Shown: piece by piece, positions 25,406 to 34,665 of the stretch
Position numbering within the stretch: the stretch's first letter is position 1
Layout of the letters: every line of letters starts with the position of its first letter
NCBI GenBank assembly: GCA_964608425.1
Contig: CAZSNN010000005.1
Coordinates: 1 to 35,389 of the forward strand
Direction: 5' to 3'
DNA from: an uncultured Gammaproteobacteria bacterium
GTDB lineage: Bacteria; Patescibacteriota; Patescibacteriia; Patescibacteriales; UBA12465
DNA: 35,389 bases
Translations under genes and position numbers: made by a program
The notes under the pieces: generated by a model
Seen by the model: the letters and a program-made list of their open reading frames with translations, nothing else
What the model was told of the DNA's origin: nothing
Databases searched by the model: none

Positions 25406-26929
25406 TTATTTATAAATTACATTAATCCTATTAGTTAACATAGGGGCTCTTTTTACAAAATTTGGCCAAAACTCCAATTCATAAGACTTTACATTATCAA
25501 GGCCGTCTAAATAAGCTCTGATTTGTTTTTCATTTAAATTAACTAAATGCTTTTTATTAATTAATCCATCCTCTCCTCCAGAAGTTGTTTTAGCAGAAAA
25601 ATCAACTTTAACTTCGGCTAAAGATTTACTAGAATTAAAGCTTAATAAAGAATATTCTAAACTATCAGCATCAACCTCAGAAAGATTTTGATCAAAATCT
25701 AATATAGCTAATTTTTGTTTAACAATTTTAATAACGTCATCGGGGCTAATGGTAATAATATTAACAACTGCTTTTATAGATCCATCGAAAGTGTCCACCT
25801 CTTCTCCGGCTTTATTACTAAATTCTATTTGAGCCCCATCCGAATCAACGCTAAAAATATTTTTTTGAGATAAATTGTTTTTATCACCAACTTGTTCCTG
25901 AGCCTTAACCATTAATTTTTCTTTTAATAAATTAGTAGCATCATCAATATCTTTTTGAGAAATTGATTTTTTAACTTCTTTTTTTAACTCAAAGCTTTCA
26001 TAGCTTTCAGCATAAATCTTATCTTGTAATCCAGCCCACAAGCCAGGAATAGAAAACTTACTAGGAGCAATAGCCAGTTCCTGACTAGGCTCATCAGCAT
26101 AAATTTCTACCTCCACCGAACCGCCGGCCGGAACATTAACGGTGTTTTTTAATCTAAAAAGCTTATCATCAGAACTTAATAATCTAGTGGTGGCCACTAA
26201 GGGTTGATTTTTTGAATATTCGTTAATTATTTTTACTTTTCCCACAATTTCACTCCCCAAACTTTTTTCTTCACTACTATTAAAGGTTTCGCTAACATCA
26301 AGCTCTACTCTATTAATAGAGGCCTTTACCGCTCTCTCTAAATTAACCTGACCATCATTAGAATAAGCATAAAAATTTAAATTATCATTAATAACCTCCT
26401 TATCAGTATAAGTAATTACATTTAATTTTGTTAGAGAAAAATAAGCAACAGCTAATAATAAAATAATTGTTAAAAAAGAAAAACGTAAAATCATTTTTCG
26501 ATAATAAAAAACCTTTCTTCCGGAAATAGAATTGCCAACATCTCCTTTTGTATTAATACTTTTATTGTCTTCCGATTTCAAATCATCCAAATTAGTAGGC
26601 TCTTCTTTTATTTTTTCAGCCATTAATCGAAAAAACTCTTTTTTGGAATCCAAAGACTCATTAGAAGAAAATTCTTCACCTTTTGAAGCGCTTTCTTCAT
26701 CAAGGCCTACTTCATTATTAGAAGAATCTTTTTCAAATAATTTATCATCAGTTTTAATATCCTCAGACTCTTCTGAAGAATTATTTTGATCAAAGTCATT
26801 TTTAAGCTCACTATAAACTTTAAGGCTTTCTAGACCTTCCTTAATGTTTTCTAATTCTTTCTTTTTTTGAGAATTATCAGGATTAATTGGAGGAGTTTTT
26901 AAAGGCATAAGATTATAATTCATCATCAA
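25406..26929 (-). CDS. Single-pass membrane protein with a baseplate-J/gp47-like extracellular region
   Basis: Acidic low-complexity N-terminus, one TM helix (ILRFSFLTIILLLAVAYFSL), then LVATTRL...VNVPAG..VEV.IYAD....I.P.KFSIPGL, a pattern I recall from CPR 'baseplate J-like' proteins. Confidence 0.5.
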   Translation of the reverse strand: MMMNYNLMPLKTPPINPDNSQKKKELENIKEGLESLKVYSELKNDFDQNNSSEESEDIKTDDKLFEKDSSNNEVGLDEESASKGEEFSSNESLDSKKEFFRLMAEKIKEEPTNLDDLKSEDNKSINTKGDVGNSISGRKVFYYRKMILRFSFLTIILLLAVAYFSLTKLNVITYTDKEVINDNLNFYAYSNDGQVNLERAVKASINRVELDVSETFNSSEEKSLGSEIVGKVKIINEYSKNQPLVATTRLLSSDDKLFRLKNTVNVPAGGSVEVEIYADEPSQELAIAPSKFSIPGLWAGLQDKIYAESYESFELKKEVKKSISQKDIDDATNLLKEKLMVKAQEQVGDKNNLSQKNIFSVDSDGAQIEFSNKAGEEVDTFDGSIKAVVNIITISPDDVIKIVKQKLAILDFDQNLSEVDADSLEYSLLSFNSSKSLAEVKVDFSAKTTSGGEDGLINKKHLVNLNEKQIRAYLDGLDNVKSYELEFWPNFVKRAPMLTNRINVIYK

Positions 26930-26994
26930 AAAAATTTAATGATAGGAATTGAATAAATTAATTATTTTCTATTATAATAACATTTTTTATTAAA

Positions 26995-29900
26995 TTAAAC
27001 AATATCAGCCAAGTCTTCTAACTCTTTTTTTAACTCATTTTTTAATTCTAAACAATTTTTAACTTGTAAATCAGACTTAATTAATTTTTCTCCATCCGAC
27101 AAGCTTATTTTAAAATATACCGAATCAGATCCAGGATAATTTTCTAATATTTTTTTAATAGCAGAAAATTTTTCAGTTGAAACTTGACCAATCAAGGCAA
27201 TCCCTAGCGATCTAGAATTTTTTAAATTGTTGATAGGAATTCCCGAAGAATTATTTTTATAATATCCCCCATTACCATTGTTGGGATTAAATCTTTTAGG
27301 GATTTTAATATTTTTAAAATCTTGAACAGTTTTTTCTAGATTATCTTCTTCTAATAAAATAGCTTTATTAACCAATAACTTGATCTCGCCATCTTTATCG
27401 GAAACATTAGCATTCATTAAAATAGTTTTTCCGTCTTGCCACAAATCTAATGTTCCTTTTAAAACCTTAGGAAATACCAAGATTTCCACAAAAGAAACCC
27501 CATCTTCGACCTTAACAAATAACATATTTTCATTTTTTTTAGTAACAATTTTTTTGATTGAAGAAACCACCCCGGCGGTATAAATATCTTGATTTTTATA
27601 ATCTTTTAAAGACGACAAAGGAATAATTGACTCAGACAAGCGAGGCCTAAAAACATTAAAAGGATGTTCAGAAATATAAAGACCTAATAATTCTTTCTCC
27701 CACTGCAACTTATCTTTATTATCAATATCCATCTTTTTTTCTAACTTAGGGTGATGAAAGATAGCCGAATCAGGAGTATCAGCAAATAAGCTAATTTGAG
27801 GACTATTTTTAGACTTATTAGCCTCTTTGCTAAAGTTTAACAAAACTTCTAAATTTTCTAACAATAAACCTCGATCTTCAAATTGATCAAAAGCGCCACA
27901 CTTAATTAAACTTTCTAAAGATTTTTTATTTAAATCTTTATCAACAATTCTTTCTAAAACTTCAAAAACACTGTTAAATCTACCATTATCTTTTCTTTCT
28001 CTAATAATTTCTTCAACAATATGTGATCCAACATTTTTAATGGCATTTAAACCAAACCTAATAGTTGTTATTTTTTCATCGGGGCTAACTATTTTATTAT
28101 CTTTAGTTCCACTGGTTACTACCGTAAAAGAAGCAAAGGACTCATTAATATCCGGAGGCATAATTTCTATTCCCATTTGGCGACATTCTTCTATTTCAAT
28201 AGCAATGCGATCAATATCATTTTGATCAGCTGATAATAGGGCGGCCATAAATTCAGCCGGATAATGAGCCTTTAGGTAAGCAGTCTGATAACCAATTAAA
28301 GCATAGCAAGCGGCATGTGATCTATTAAAACCATATCCCGCAAAAGGCTCAATAAAGGAGAAAACTTTTTCCGCTAAAGATTTTTCTACTCCATTATTAA
28401 CACAGCCATTAATAAATTTTTCTTTCTGCTCAGCTAAAAGTTCAGGGATTTTTTTACCCATAGCCTTTCTCAATGTGTCAGCCTCACCTCGGCTAAAACC
28501 AGCTAACTCTCGAGAAATCTGCATAACCTGTTCTTGATAAACAGCCACCCCATAAGTTTTACTTAAAATTGGTTCTAATTTGGGATGTAGATAAGTCATT
28601 TGACGACCATGTTTTCCAGAAATAAAATCAGGGATCCATTCCATTGGCCCGGGTCGATATAAGGCTACCATAGCGACAATATCTTCGAATTCACTAGGTC
28701 GGAGTTCTTTTAAATGACGTTTCATTCCACCAGACTCAAATTGAAATACTCCAGTAGTTTCGCCTTTTTTAAATAAATCTAAAACCCCTTGATCATCTAA
28801 GGAAATCTCATCAATATTAATTTCTACTCCTCTGGTATTTTTTATAATCTTAACCGCTGATTCAATAATAGTTAAATTTTTTAAACCTAAAAAATCTATT
28901 TTAAGTAAACCTAAAGAATCAACTGGATTTAAAGAATATTGCGAAACTATACTCTTATCCGAAGAAGAAGCATATTGTAATGGTACATAATTAGTTAAAG
29001 GCTCCTTGGTTATTAGAATACCACAAGCGTGGGTAGAGGAATGGCGAGAAACTCCTTCTAATTTTTGAGCGAAATCTAAAATTCTTCGAGCAGCTGACTC
29101 CTTTCTGTAGATATCCTTAACTTCAACTAAATTTTCTAGAGCATCTTTAATCTTGTAATTCATTGGAATCATCTTGGCTAATTTATCGCAATAATCATAA
29201 GACTCATCTAATACTCTGCCAACGTCTCTAATCGCCGCTCGAGCGGCCATAGTTCCAAAAGTAATAATCTGAGAAACATGATCTTCTCCATATTTTTTTG
29301 CTACGTACCTAATAACTTCATCACGACGAATATCAGCAAAATCTAAATCAATATCAGGCATTGAAATTCTATCTGGATTTAAAAATCTCTCAAATAATAA
29401 TTCATATTTTATTGGATCCAAATTAGTAATCCCGGTTAAATAACAAACCAAAGAACCAGCGGCGCTCCCTCGACCTGGACCAACTACAATTTTATTATTT
29501 TTAGCCCAATTAACTAAATCAGCTACAATTAAAAAATATGAAGGCCAACCCATTTTATTAATAACCTCTAACTCATAATCAAGCCTTTTTTTTATCTCTT
29601 CCCTTTTTACATTATCAACATTAGGGAATCTTTTTTCTAAACCATCTTCACATAATTTATTTAAATAAGAGGCTTCGTCAAATCCCTCTGGAACTGCAAA
29701 ATAAGGCAAATGAACTTCGCCTAATTCAATTTCCACATTACACATTTCTGCAATTTTTACCGTATTAGTAATAGCTTCGGGCACATCCTTGAAAGCCTCT
29801 ATTAACTCTTGCGGATCACGACAAGAATAATCTCCATATCCTATCATTTTCATTCGATCAGTATCTTCCTTTTTCTTTTTATTTTGCAAACACAATAAAA

Positions 29901-30558
29901 TATCCTGAGCCTCATCATCAGTCTTATCTAAATAATGAATATCATTAGTTACTATTAAAGGAATATTTAATTCTCTAGAAAATTTTATTAATTGCTTATT
30001 AACCTTATCTTGATCATCTAGCTCCGGATGATCCATTAATTCCAAATAAAAATTATCTTGACCAAAAAGATTATTATAATCCAAAATTCTTTCTCGAGCC
30101 TTATCTATTTTTCCAGCCCTAATTAAAAATGGTATTTCTCCTCCTAAACAAGCCGTAGAAGCTATTAAGCCTTCGTGAAACTCTTCTAATAACTCCCAAT
30201 CAATTCGAGGCTTATAATAAAAACCCTCTAGGTGGGCTTTAGAAATTAATTTTATTAAATTTTGATATCCGGTATTATTTTTTGCTAATAATAATAAATG
30301 ATAGTTTTTAGCATCATCTTTAGTATTTTTATCAAAACGAGAGCCGGGAGCCAGATAAGTTTCTACTCCAATAATTGGTTTAATTCCAGCTTTTTTACAT
30401 TTCTTATAAAACTCAATAGCTCCATACATAACCCCATGATCAGTGATGGCTAGGGCCGGACAGCCCTGCTCTTTGGCTTTGGCTATAAAATCATCAAGAT
30501 TAGTAAGGCCATCTAACAAGGAGTAATGAGTGTGGTTGTGGAGATGCACAAAAGACAT
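26995..30558 (-). CDS. dnaE: DNA polymerase III alpha subunit
   Basis: PHP domain HLHNHTHYSLLDG, GRGSAAGS, RISMPDIDLDF, LLKIDFLGL, YGFNRSHAA, C-terminal OB fold; continuous, with no intein. Confidence 0.98.
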   Translation of the reverse strand: MSFVHLHNHTHYSLLDGLTNLDDFIAKAKEQGCPALAITDHGVMYGAIEFYKKCKKAGIKPIIGVETYLAPGSRFDKNTKDDAKNYHLLLLAKNNTGYQNLIKLISKAHLEGFYYKPRIDWELLEEFHEGLIASTACLGGEIPFLIRAGKIDKARERILDYNNLFGQDNFYLELMDHPELDDQDKVNKQLIKFSRELNIPLIVTNDIHYLDKTDDEAQDILLCLQNKKKKEDTDRMKMIGYGDYSCRDPQELIEAFKDVPEAITNTVKIAEMCNVEIELGEVHLPYFAVPEGFDEASYLNKLCEDGLEKRFPNVDNVKREEIKKRLDYELEVINKMGWPSYFLIVADLVNWAKNNKIVVGPGRGSAAGSLVCYLTGITNLDPIKYELLFERFLNPDRISMPDIDLDFADIRRDEVIRYVAKKYGEDHVSQIITFGTMAARAAIRDVGRVLDESYDYCDKLAKMIPMNYKIKDALENLVEVKDIYRKESAARRILDFAQKLEGVSRHSSTHACGILITKEPLTNYVPLQYASSSDKSIVSQYSLNPVDSLGLLKIDFLGLKNLTIIESAVKIIKNTRGVEINIDEISLDDQGVLDLFKKGETTGVFQFESGGMKRHLKELRPSEFEDIVAMVALYRPGPMEWIPDFISGKHGRQMTYLHPKLEPILSKTYGVAVYQEQVMQISRELAGFSRGEADTLRKAMGKKIPELLAEQKEKFINGCVNNGVEKSLAEKVFSFIEPFAGYGFNRSHAACYALIGYQTAYLKAHYPAEFMAALLSADQNDIDRIAIEIEECRQMGIEIMPPDINESFASFTVVTSGTKDNKIVSPDEKITTIRFGLNAIKNVGSHIVEEIIRERKDNGRFNSVFEVLERIVDKDLNKKSLESLIKCGAFDQFEDRGLLLENLEVLLNFSKEANKSKNSPQISLFADTPDSAIFHHPKLEKKMDIDNKDKLQWEKELLGLYISEHPFNVFRPRLSESIIPLSSLKDYKNQDIYTAGVVSSIKKIVTKKNENMLFVKVEDGVSFVEILVFPKVLKGTLDLWQDGKTILMNANVSDKDGEIKLLVNKAILLEEDNLEKTVQDFKNIKIPKRFNPNNGNGGYYKNNSSGIPINNLKNSRSLGIALIGQVSTEKFSAIKKILENYPGSDSVYFKISLSDGEKLIKSDLQVKNCLELKNELKKELEDLADIV

Positions 30559-30603
30559 AAATTATCATTAAAGTTAATATAAACATAATAATATAAATAT
30601 AAT

Positions 30604-30629
30604 AAAAAAGGAAGAGTTATCTCTTCCTT
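30604..30629 (-). terminator. Rho-independent terminator
   Basis: Stem AAGGAAGAG/CTCTTCCTT with a 4-nt loop, followed by a T run on the minus strand. Confidence 0.8.
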
Positions 30630-30635
30630 AAAATG

Positions 30636-31307
30636 TTATTTTCTTCTTTTAATTATTTTAAATCCTTCTATTATCCATAAAAATAATAAGGATATTAACA
30701 AAAATATTGCCACCAAAATAAAAAACGAAAGAAGAAATAGGCACACCAAAAAAGTACTAATTATAAGGCTATAAATAACCCCAATTCCAATAATCATAGG
30801 AATGCAAAGAGTAAAAAATGGCTCGAAAACATCTAGAATTAGATCTATTTTTTTAAACGAGTTTTTATTTACAAAAATTGAAAAAATAAAACCAATTAAA
30901 ATAGATAGAACAATTGATATTATCATTGCCCAAATTATTCCAAACAAATTACTTAACACCACCCCAAATAATAAGGCTAAAAAAATTTCTAACCAAACTA
31001 TCTTCTTCTTTTTTTCACTATTGGCTATTTCAGCATTCTCGTTTAATTGATTATCTATAATTTTTAAGATAATCAATAAAATAAAGGTAGCCAAAAAATC
31101 AAAAAAAATAAAATAATCTGGTAAGATTAATTTTGCTGGAATTTGTAAGGATAGTAGTGTCATGGGCTGACTCAAAAAAATCAGCTCATTGATTACAGGA
31201 AAATCTCCCAAAACAATCCATTTTAAAAAATAAACAATCGCTAAAAGGATTGTAAAAACAAAAAACAGGATAAAAAATCCCTTGTTAAAAAATCTTTCTC
31301 TTCTCAT
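30636..31307 (-). CDS. Hypothetical polytopic membrane protein
   Basis: 223 aa with about six TM segments; flanked by a strong promoter and a terminator. Confidence 0.7.
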   Translation of the reverse strand: MRRERFFNKGFFILFFVFTILLAIVYFLKWIVLGDFPVINELIFLSQPMTLLSLQIPAKLILPDYFIFFDFLATFILLIILKIIDNQLNENAEIANSEKKKKIVWLEIFLALLFGVVLSNLFGIIWAMIISIVLSILIGFIFSIFVNKNSFKKIDLILDVFEPFFTLCIPMIIGIGVIYSLIISTFLVCLFLLSFFILVAIFLLISLLFLWIIEGFKIIKRRK

Positions 31308-31353
31308 TTTTTTTCTTTTTTAATTAATACTATTTTTAAGGTACTCAGGTTAG

Positions 31354-31382
31354 AGTATATCATATTTATTAAAACTTGTCAA
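31354..31382 (-). promoter_or_regulatory. Near-consensus sigma70 extended -10 promoter
   Basis: Minus strand TTGACA (31382-31377), 17 nt ending in TGa, TATACT (31359-31354). Confidence 0.8.
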
Positions 31383-31397
31383 GGACGTTTAAAAAAT

Positions 31398-31421
31398 AGA
31401 AAACCCGCCTTTTTGACGGGT
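31398..31421 (-). terminator. Rho-independent terminator of the parAB unit
   Basis: Minus strand ACCCGTC-AAAAA-GGCGGGT followed by TTTCT. Confidence 0.7.
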
Positions 31422-31445
31422 AATTTTTAATAAACTTTTTGTTTA

Positions 31446-31658
31446 TTAATTGTCTCTCTTTTTTACTTTTTTAAGATTTTGAACAATAACGAAAAACGCT
31501 ATTACGGCCATAGCTCCCAATATCAATACTGGGAATAAATTAGCAAAAATCTTGCTATAATCGGTCGCACCAGAAACAAAAAAATAGGTGCTCTGATAGG
31601 TGATAACAGATAAAACCAAGGACCCGCCCAAAATCTTAAAATTTTTAATTTTCTTCAT
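31446..31658 (-). CDS. Small two-TM hypothetical protein
   Basis: 70 aa with two hydrophobic helices and basic termini; lies between parB and a terminator. Confidence 0.6.
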   Translation of the reverse strand: MKKIKNFKILGGSLVLSVITYQSTYFFVSGATDYSKIFANLFPVLILGAMAVIAFFVIVQNLKKVKKRDN

Positions 31659-31688
31659 TAACTAACTTTTTCTATTTATATTAAATAA

Positions 31689-32573
31689 CTATTTTATTAT
31701 TTTTTTAATTATTTCATCTAAATCTTCATCGCCATAAAAGATAATTTCAATTTTGCCCCCCTTCTCTGATCTTTTTATATCTATCTTTGTATTTAAATAA
31801 TTCTGAAGATTTTTTTTATTATCCTCATCATTATTGTTTATAGCAATTTTAGCTTTTTTTGTTCCACCTGATTTTTTTATCAAATCATTAGTTTCACGAA
31901 CAGACAAATTATTATACACTATTTTTCTAAAAATAGTCAATCGTTTAACTTCGCCTTCAATTCCTAATAAATACTTGGCATGAGCCTCGGTAATTTGTTT
32001 CTTCGCTAAAGACTGCTTAATTTCTTCTGGCAACGATAAAAACCTCAAAATATTAGCCACACTAGATCTGGATTTGCCCATTCTCTTGGCCAAATCTTCT
32101 TGAGTCAAATTAAATTCATTAATTAATTGATTATAAGCAATAGCTGATTCAATCGGGTTTAAATTTTCTCTTTGAAGATTTTCAATTAAAGCAATTTCTA
32201 ATTTTTTTTGATCATCAAAATCCCTAACAATAACGGGGACCTCTGATAAGTTTAATTCCAAAGAACTACGCAATCTTCTTTCTCCGGCCACCAACTCATA
32301 TTCACCATTTTTTTTACTAACAATTAATGGTTGTATAATCCCATACTCTTTAATAGAATTGATTAAATCATTTAAAGAAATCGGATCAAAATCTTTTCTA
32401 GGCTGATAAGGATTAACTTTAATTTTTTTAGGATCTACTTTAATAATTTTCTCTGAACTATCATCCACCATCAAAGCATCGTGTTTTGTCAAATTAAAAT
32501 CAGAATAAGTTTGAGTATTTACTTTTTTAGGAATTAAGGAATCCAATCCTCTTCCCAACCCTTTATTAGCCAT
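31689..32573 (-). CDS. parB: Chromosome partitioning protein ParB/Spo0J
   Basis: GLGRGLDSLIP (ParA-interacting N-terminus), NPYQPR, GIIQPL, LVAGERRLR, ENLQRENL, HTH GKSRSSVANILR. Confidence 0.96.
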   Translation of the reverse strand: MANKGLGRGLDSLIPKKVNTQTYSDFNLTKHDALMVDDSSEKIIKVDPKKIKVNPYQPRKDFDPISLNDLINSIKEYGIIQPLIVSKKNGEYELVAGERRLRSSLELNLSEVPVIVRDFDDQKKLEIALIENLQRENLNPIESAIAYNQLINEFNLTQEDLAKRMGKSRSSVANILRFLSLPEEIKQSLAKKQITEAHAKYLLGIEGEVKRLTIFRKIVYNNLSVRETNDLIKKSGGTKKAKIAINNNDEDNKKNLQNYLNTKIDIKRSEKGGKIEIIFYGDEDLDEIIKKIIK

Positions 32574-32578
32574 ATATT

Positions 32579-33340
32579 TTAAATTAAATTAATTATTTCC
32601 TTAGCTAATCCTTCATAAGCTTTGGCAGCCACTGACTTAGGATCGTATTGTAAAATAGTAGAGCCATAACTAGGGGCTTCGGCTAGACGAACCGAACGAG
32701 GTATAATTGACTTAAAAACCTTATTGGGAAAATATTTATACAACTCATCTTTAACTAAAGAAGATAAGCGATTTCTCTTATCAAACATAGTAATTACTAC
32801 CCCCAAAATACCTAGGTCTGGCTTTAAATTATTTTGAATTAAAGAAATTGTTTCCAGCAATTGACCCAAGCCCTCTAGAGCATAATACTCGCTCTGAATC
32901 GGAATTAAAACCTCATCTGAAGCGGTTAAACTATTGATGGTTAGCAAACCTAAAGAAGGCGGACCATCAATAATTATAAAATCAAATTTATCTCTAATTT
33001 CTTGTAAAATATTTTGTAAACGATATTCCCTATTTTCTACTCCAACTAATTCAATAGAAGCACCTGATAAAGCAATAGTAGCTGGCACAACATAATAATT
33101 TTCTTGTTTGGTTTTAAAAACAACATCCTTAATTGAACAATTTCCAATCAAAGCATCATAAATCCCATGTTCTAATTTACGATGATCAATACCCAGTCCT
33201 GAAGTAGCATTGGCCTGAGGATCAAGATCCATCAATAAAACCTTCTTCTTAAAATAAGCTAAATAAGCACCCAAATTGACTGATGTAGTAGTTTTTCCAA
33301 CCCCACCCTTTTGATTAACTACGGAAATTATTTTTCCCAT
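32579..33340 (-). CDS. parA: Chromosome partitioning ATPase ParA/Soj
   Basis: NQKGGVGKTT deviant Walker A, DLDPQANATSGLG, DGPPSLG, EYYALEG, VRLAEAPS. Confidence 0.96.
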   Translation of the reverse strand: MGKIISVVNQKGGVGKTTTSVNLGAYLAYFKKKVLLMDLDPQANATSGLGIDHRKLEHGIYDALIGNCSIKDVVFKTKQENYYVVPATIALSGASIELVGVENREYRLQNILQEIRDKFDFIIIDGPPSLGLLTINSLTASDEVLIPIQSEYYALEGLGQLLETISLIQNNLKPDLGILGVVITMFDKRNRLSSLVKDELYKYFPNKVFKSIIPRSVRLAEAPSYGSTILQYDPKSVAAKAYEGLAKEIINLI

Positions 33341-33373
33341 ATTAATAAATTATTTAAAAATATTATCAAATTA

Positions 33374-33402
33374 ATTATAACTTATAATTTTATTTTGAGC
33401 AA
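33374..33402 (-). promoter_or_regulatory. parAB promoter
   Basis: Minus strand TTGCTC, 17 nt, TATAAT (33379-33374). Confidence 0.5.
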
Positions 33403-33404
33403 AT

Positions 33405-33431
33405 AAAAAAGGAGCTATTTAATAAGCTCCT
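33405..33431 (-). terminator. Rho-independent terminator
   Basis: Minus strand AGGAGCT-TATTAAAT-AGCTCCT followed by TTTTT. Confidence 0.8.
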
Positions 33432-33439
33432 CTAACAAA

Positions 33440-34438
33440 CTAATTCAAAAGAAATTCTTCTGCCTTTTTTTTGAATACTTCAATCAACTCCTCAGGAAGA
33501 TTTCTCTTTTCAATATCTTCTGATATTATTTTCAAAAAGAAATCATAATCTGCGCTACCTCTTCCTATTTTTAAAGTCAAATCAGAAATCCTTTGATAAA
33601 ACAATTTTCTAACAGCAATATCAATCCTATCAACCAGATTCATATTTTTGAATAAGGGTGACAAACTCTTCATGCTCTCAATTTCAACATCAATAGCTTT
33701 AAGTAATATTTTCTGCCCCTCACTTCTATTGGAAAATGATTTCCAATATTTATAAAGCTCCTCAAAAGAAAAAACGGAAAATAAAAAATTATTTTTAAAA
33801 ATTTCCACCAATCTTTCTTCTATTAACCTTTTAGGCTTACACTCATAATAGAATTTTTCCAAAAATGAACATAAAAAAGAAACCGAACTAGTTCGTGGGA
33901 GAATTTTTGGCAAATTATCAGCCAAAATTTTATCAACCAAGCTAACTATTGGTTTATTATATTCATTTTTACAACGAAATTCAATCAATTCCCCTGCACT
34001 TTTAACCTCTAAAATAGATTTAATTTTTTCAAATAATAAATCTTGTCCTTTTTTAAAATTAGACCATTTTTGGTAAAAAACGATTAAAATTGCCCAATCC
34101 TTTTCTTCAGCTTTCTGAAGAATTGATTGTATTTTTTGAAGAACCAAATTTTCATTTTCTGAGTCAGGGGTTATTGCCCTAATAATTTCACTTATCTCAG
34201 GAAGAAAAAATTCTAATTTAGTCGGCAAATCTGCTAAAAAAGCTGGCAAAAGTTCTAATATTTTTTTATCGATTTTTTCCCTAAATTGAGTAAAAGGGGC
34301 TGATGACTCCCAAACATTCATTAAATCAAATAAATTTTTTATATCTTCGAGATTCTGCTCCTCGTTTTTAAGATTGTTTAAAAAATTTAAAAAGATTTTC
34401 TGATCATCAATTTCTGTAATTAAATTCTTTTTTTTCAT
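33440..34438 (-). CDS. Hypothetical all-helical protein
   Basis: 332-aa Leu/Lys/Glu-rich ORF with its own promoter and terminator; no motif recognized. Confidence 0.7.
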   Translation of the reverse strand: MKKKNLITEIDDQKIFLNFLNNLKNEEQNLEDIKNLFDLMNVWESSAPFTQFREKIDKKILELLPAFLADLPTKLEFFLPEISEIIRAITPDSENENLVLQKIQSILQKAEEKDWAILIVFYQKWSNFKKGQDLLFEKIKSILEVKSAGELIEFRCKNEYNKPIVSLVDKILADNLPKILPRTSSVSFLCSFLEKFYYECKPKRLIEERLVEIFKNNFLFSVFSFEELYKYWKSFSNRSEGQKILLKAIDVEIESMKSLSPLFKNMNLVDRIDIAVRKLFYQRISDLTLKIGRGSADYDFFLKIISEDIEKRNLPEELIEVFKKKAEEFLLN

Positions 34439-34477
34439 AACCTTATTTTTTAAATTATTAATGAACTACGATTAGGA

Positions 34478-34506
34478 ATCTTAACAGTAAAGATTATTTT
34501 TGTCAA
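34478..34506 (-). promoter_or_regulatory. sigma70 extended -10 promoter
   Basis: Minus strand TTGACA (34506-34501), 17 nt ending in TGt, TAAGAT (34483-34478). Confidence 0.75.
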
Positions 34507-34665
34507 CGTTGTTAGCCTACATTCTACTCCCAATCTTAATTAAATAAAATTGGAAAATTTTAGAACCTTGTTAGTTTACCCCACCCCTTAACTCACTATA
34601 TATAAATAAAGACTGCACCTTTTTCGATGTATTCTTTTATACTTTTATTTAATTTAAAAACTTAT

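Noticed and set aside
26995-30558. Intein or intron in dnaE
   Set aside because: The length (1187 aa) and motif spacing are normal, with no splicing motifs.
31890-31905. parS-like GTTTCACG inside parB
   Set aside because: Only a half-site of TGTTTCACGTGAAACA; it is explained by the coding sequence SVRET. I saw no full parS in the window.
33341-34665. oriC or DnaA-box cluster near parAB
   Set aside because: No TTATCCACA-like cluster in these intergenic regions; near-matches elsewhere are isolated and within coding sequence.
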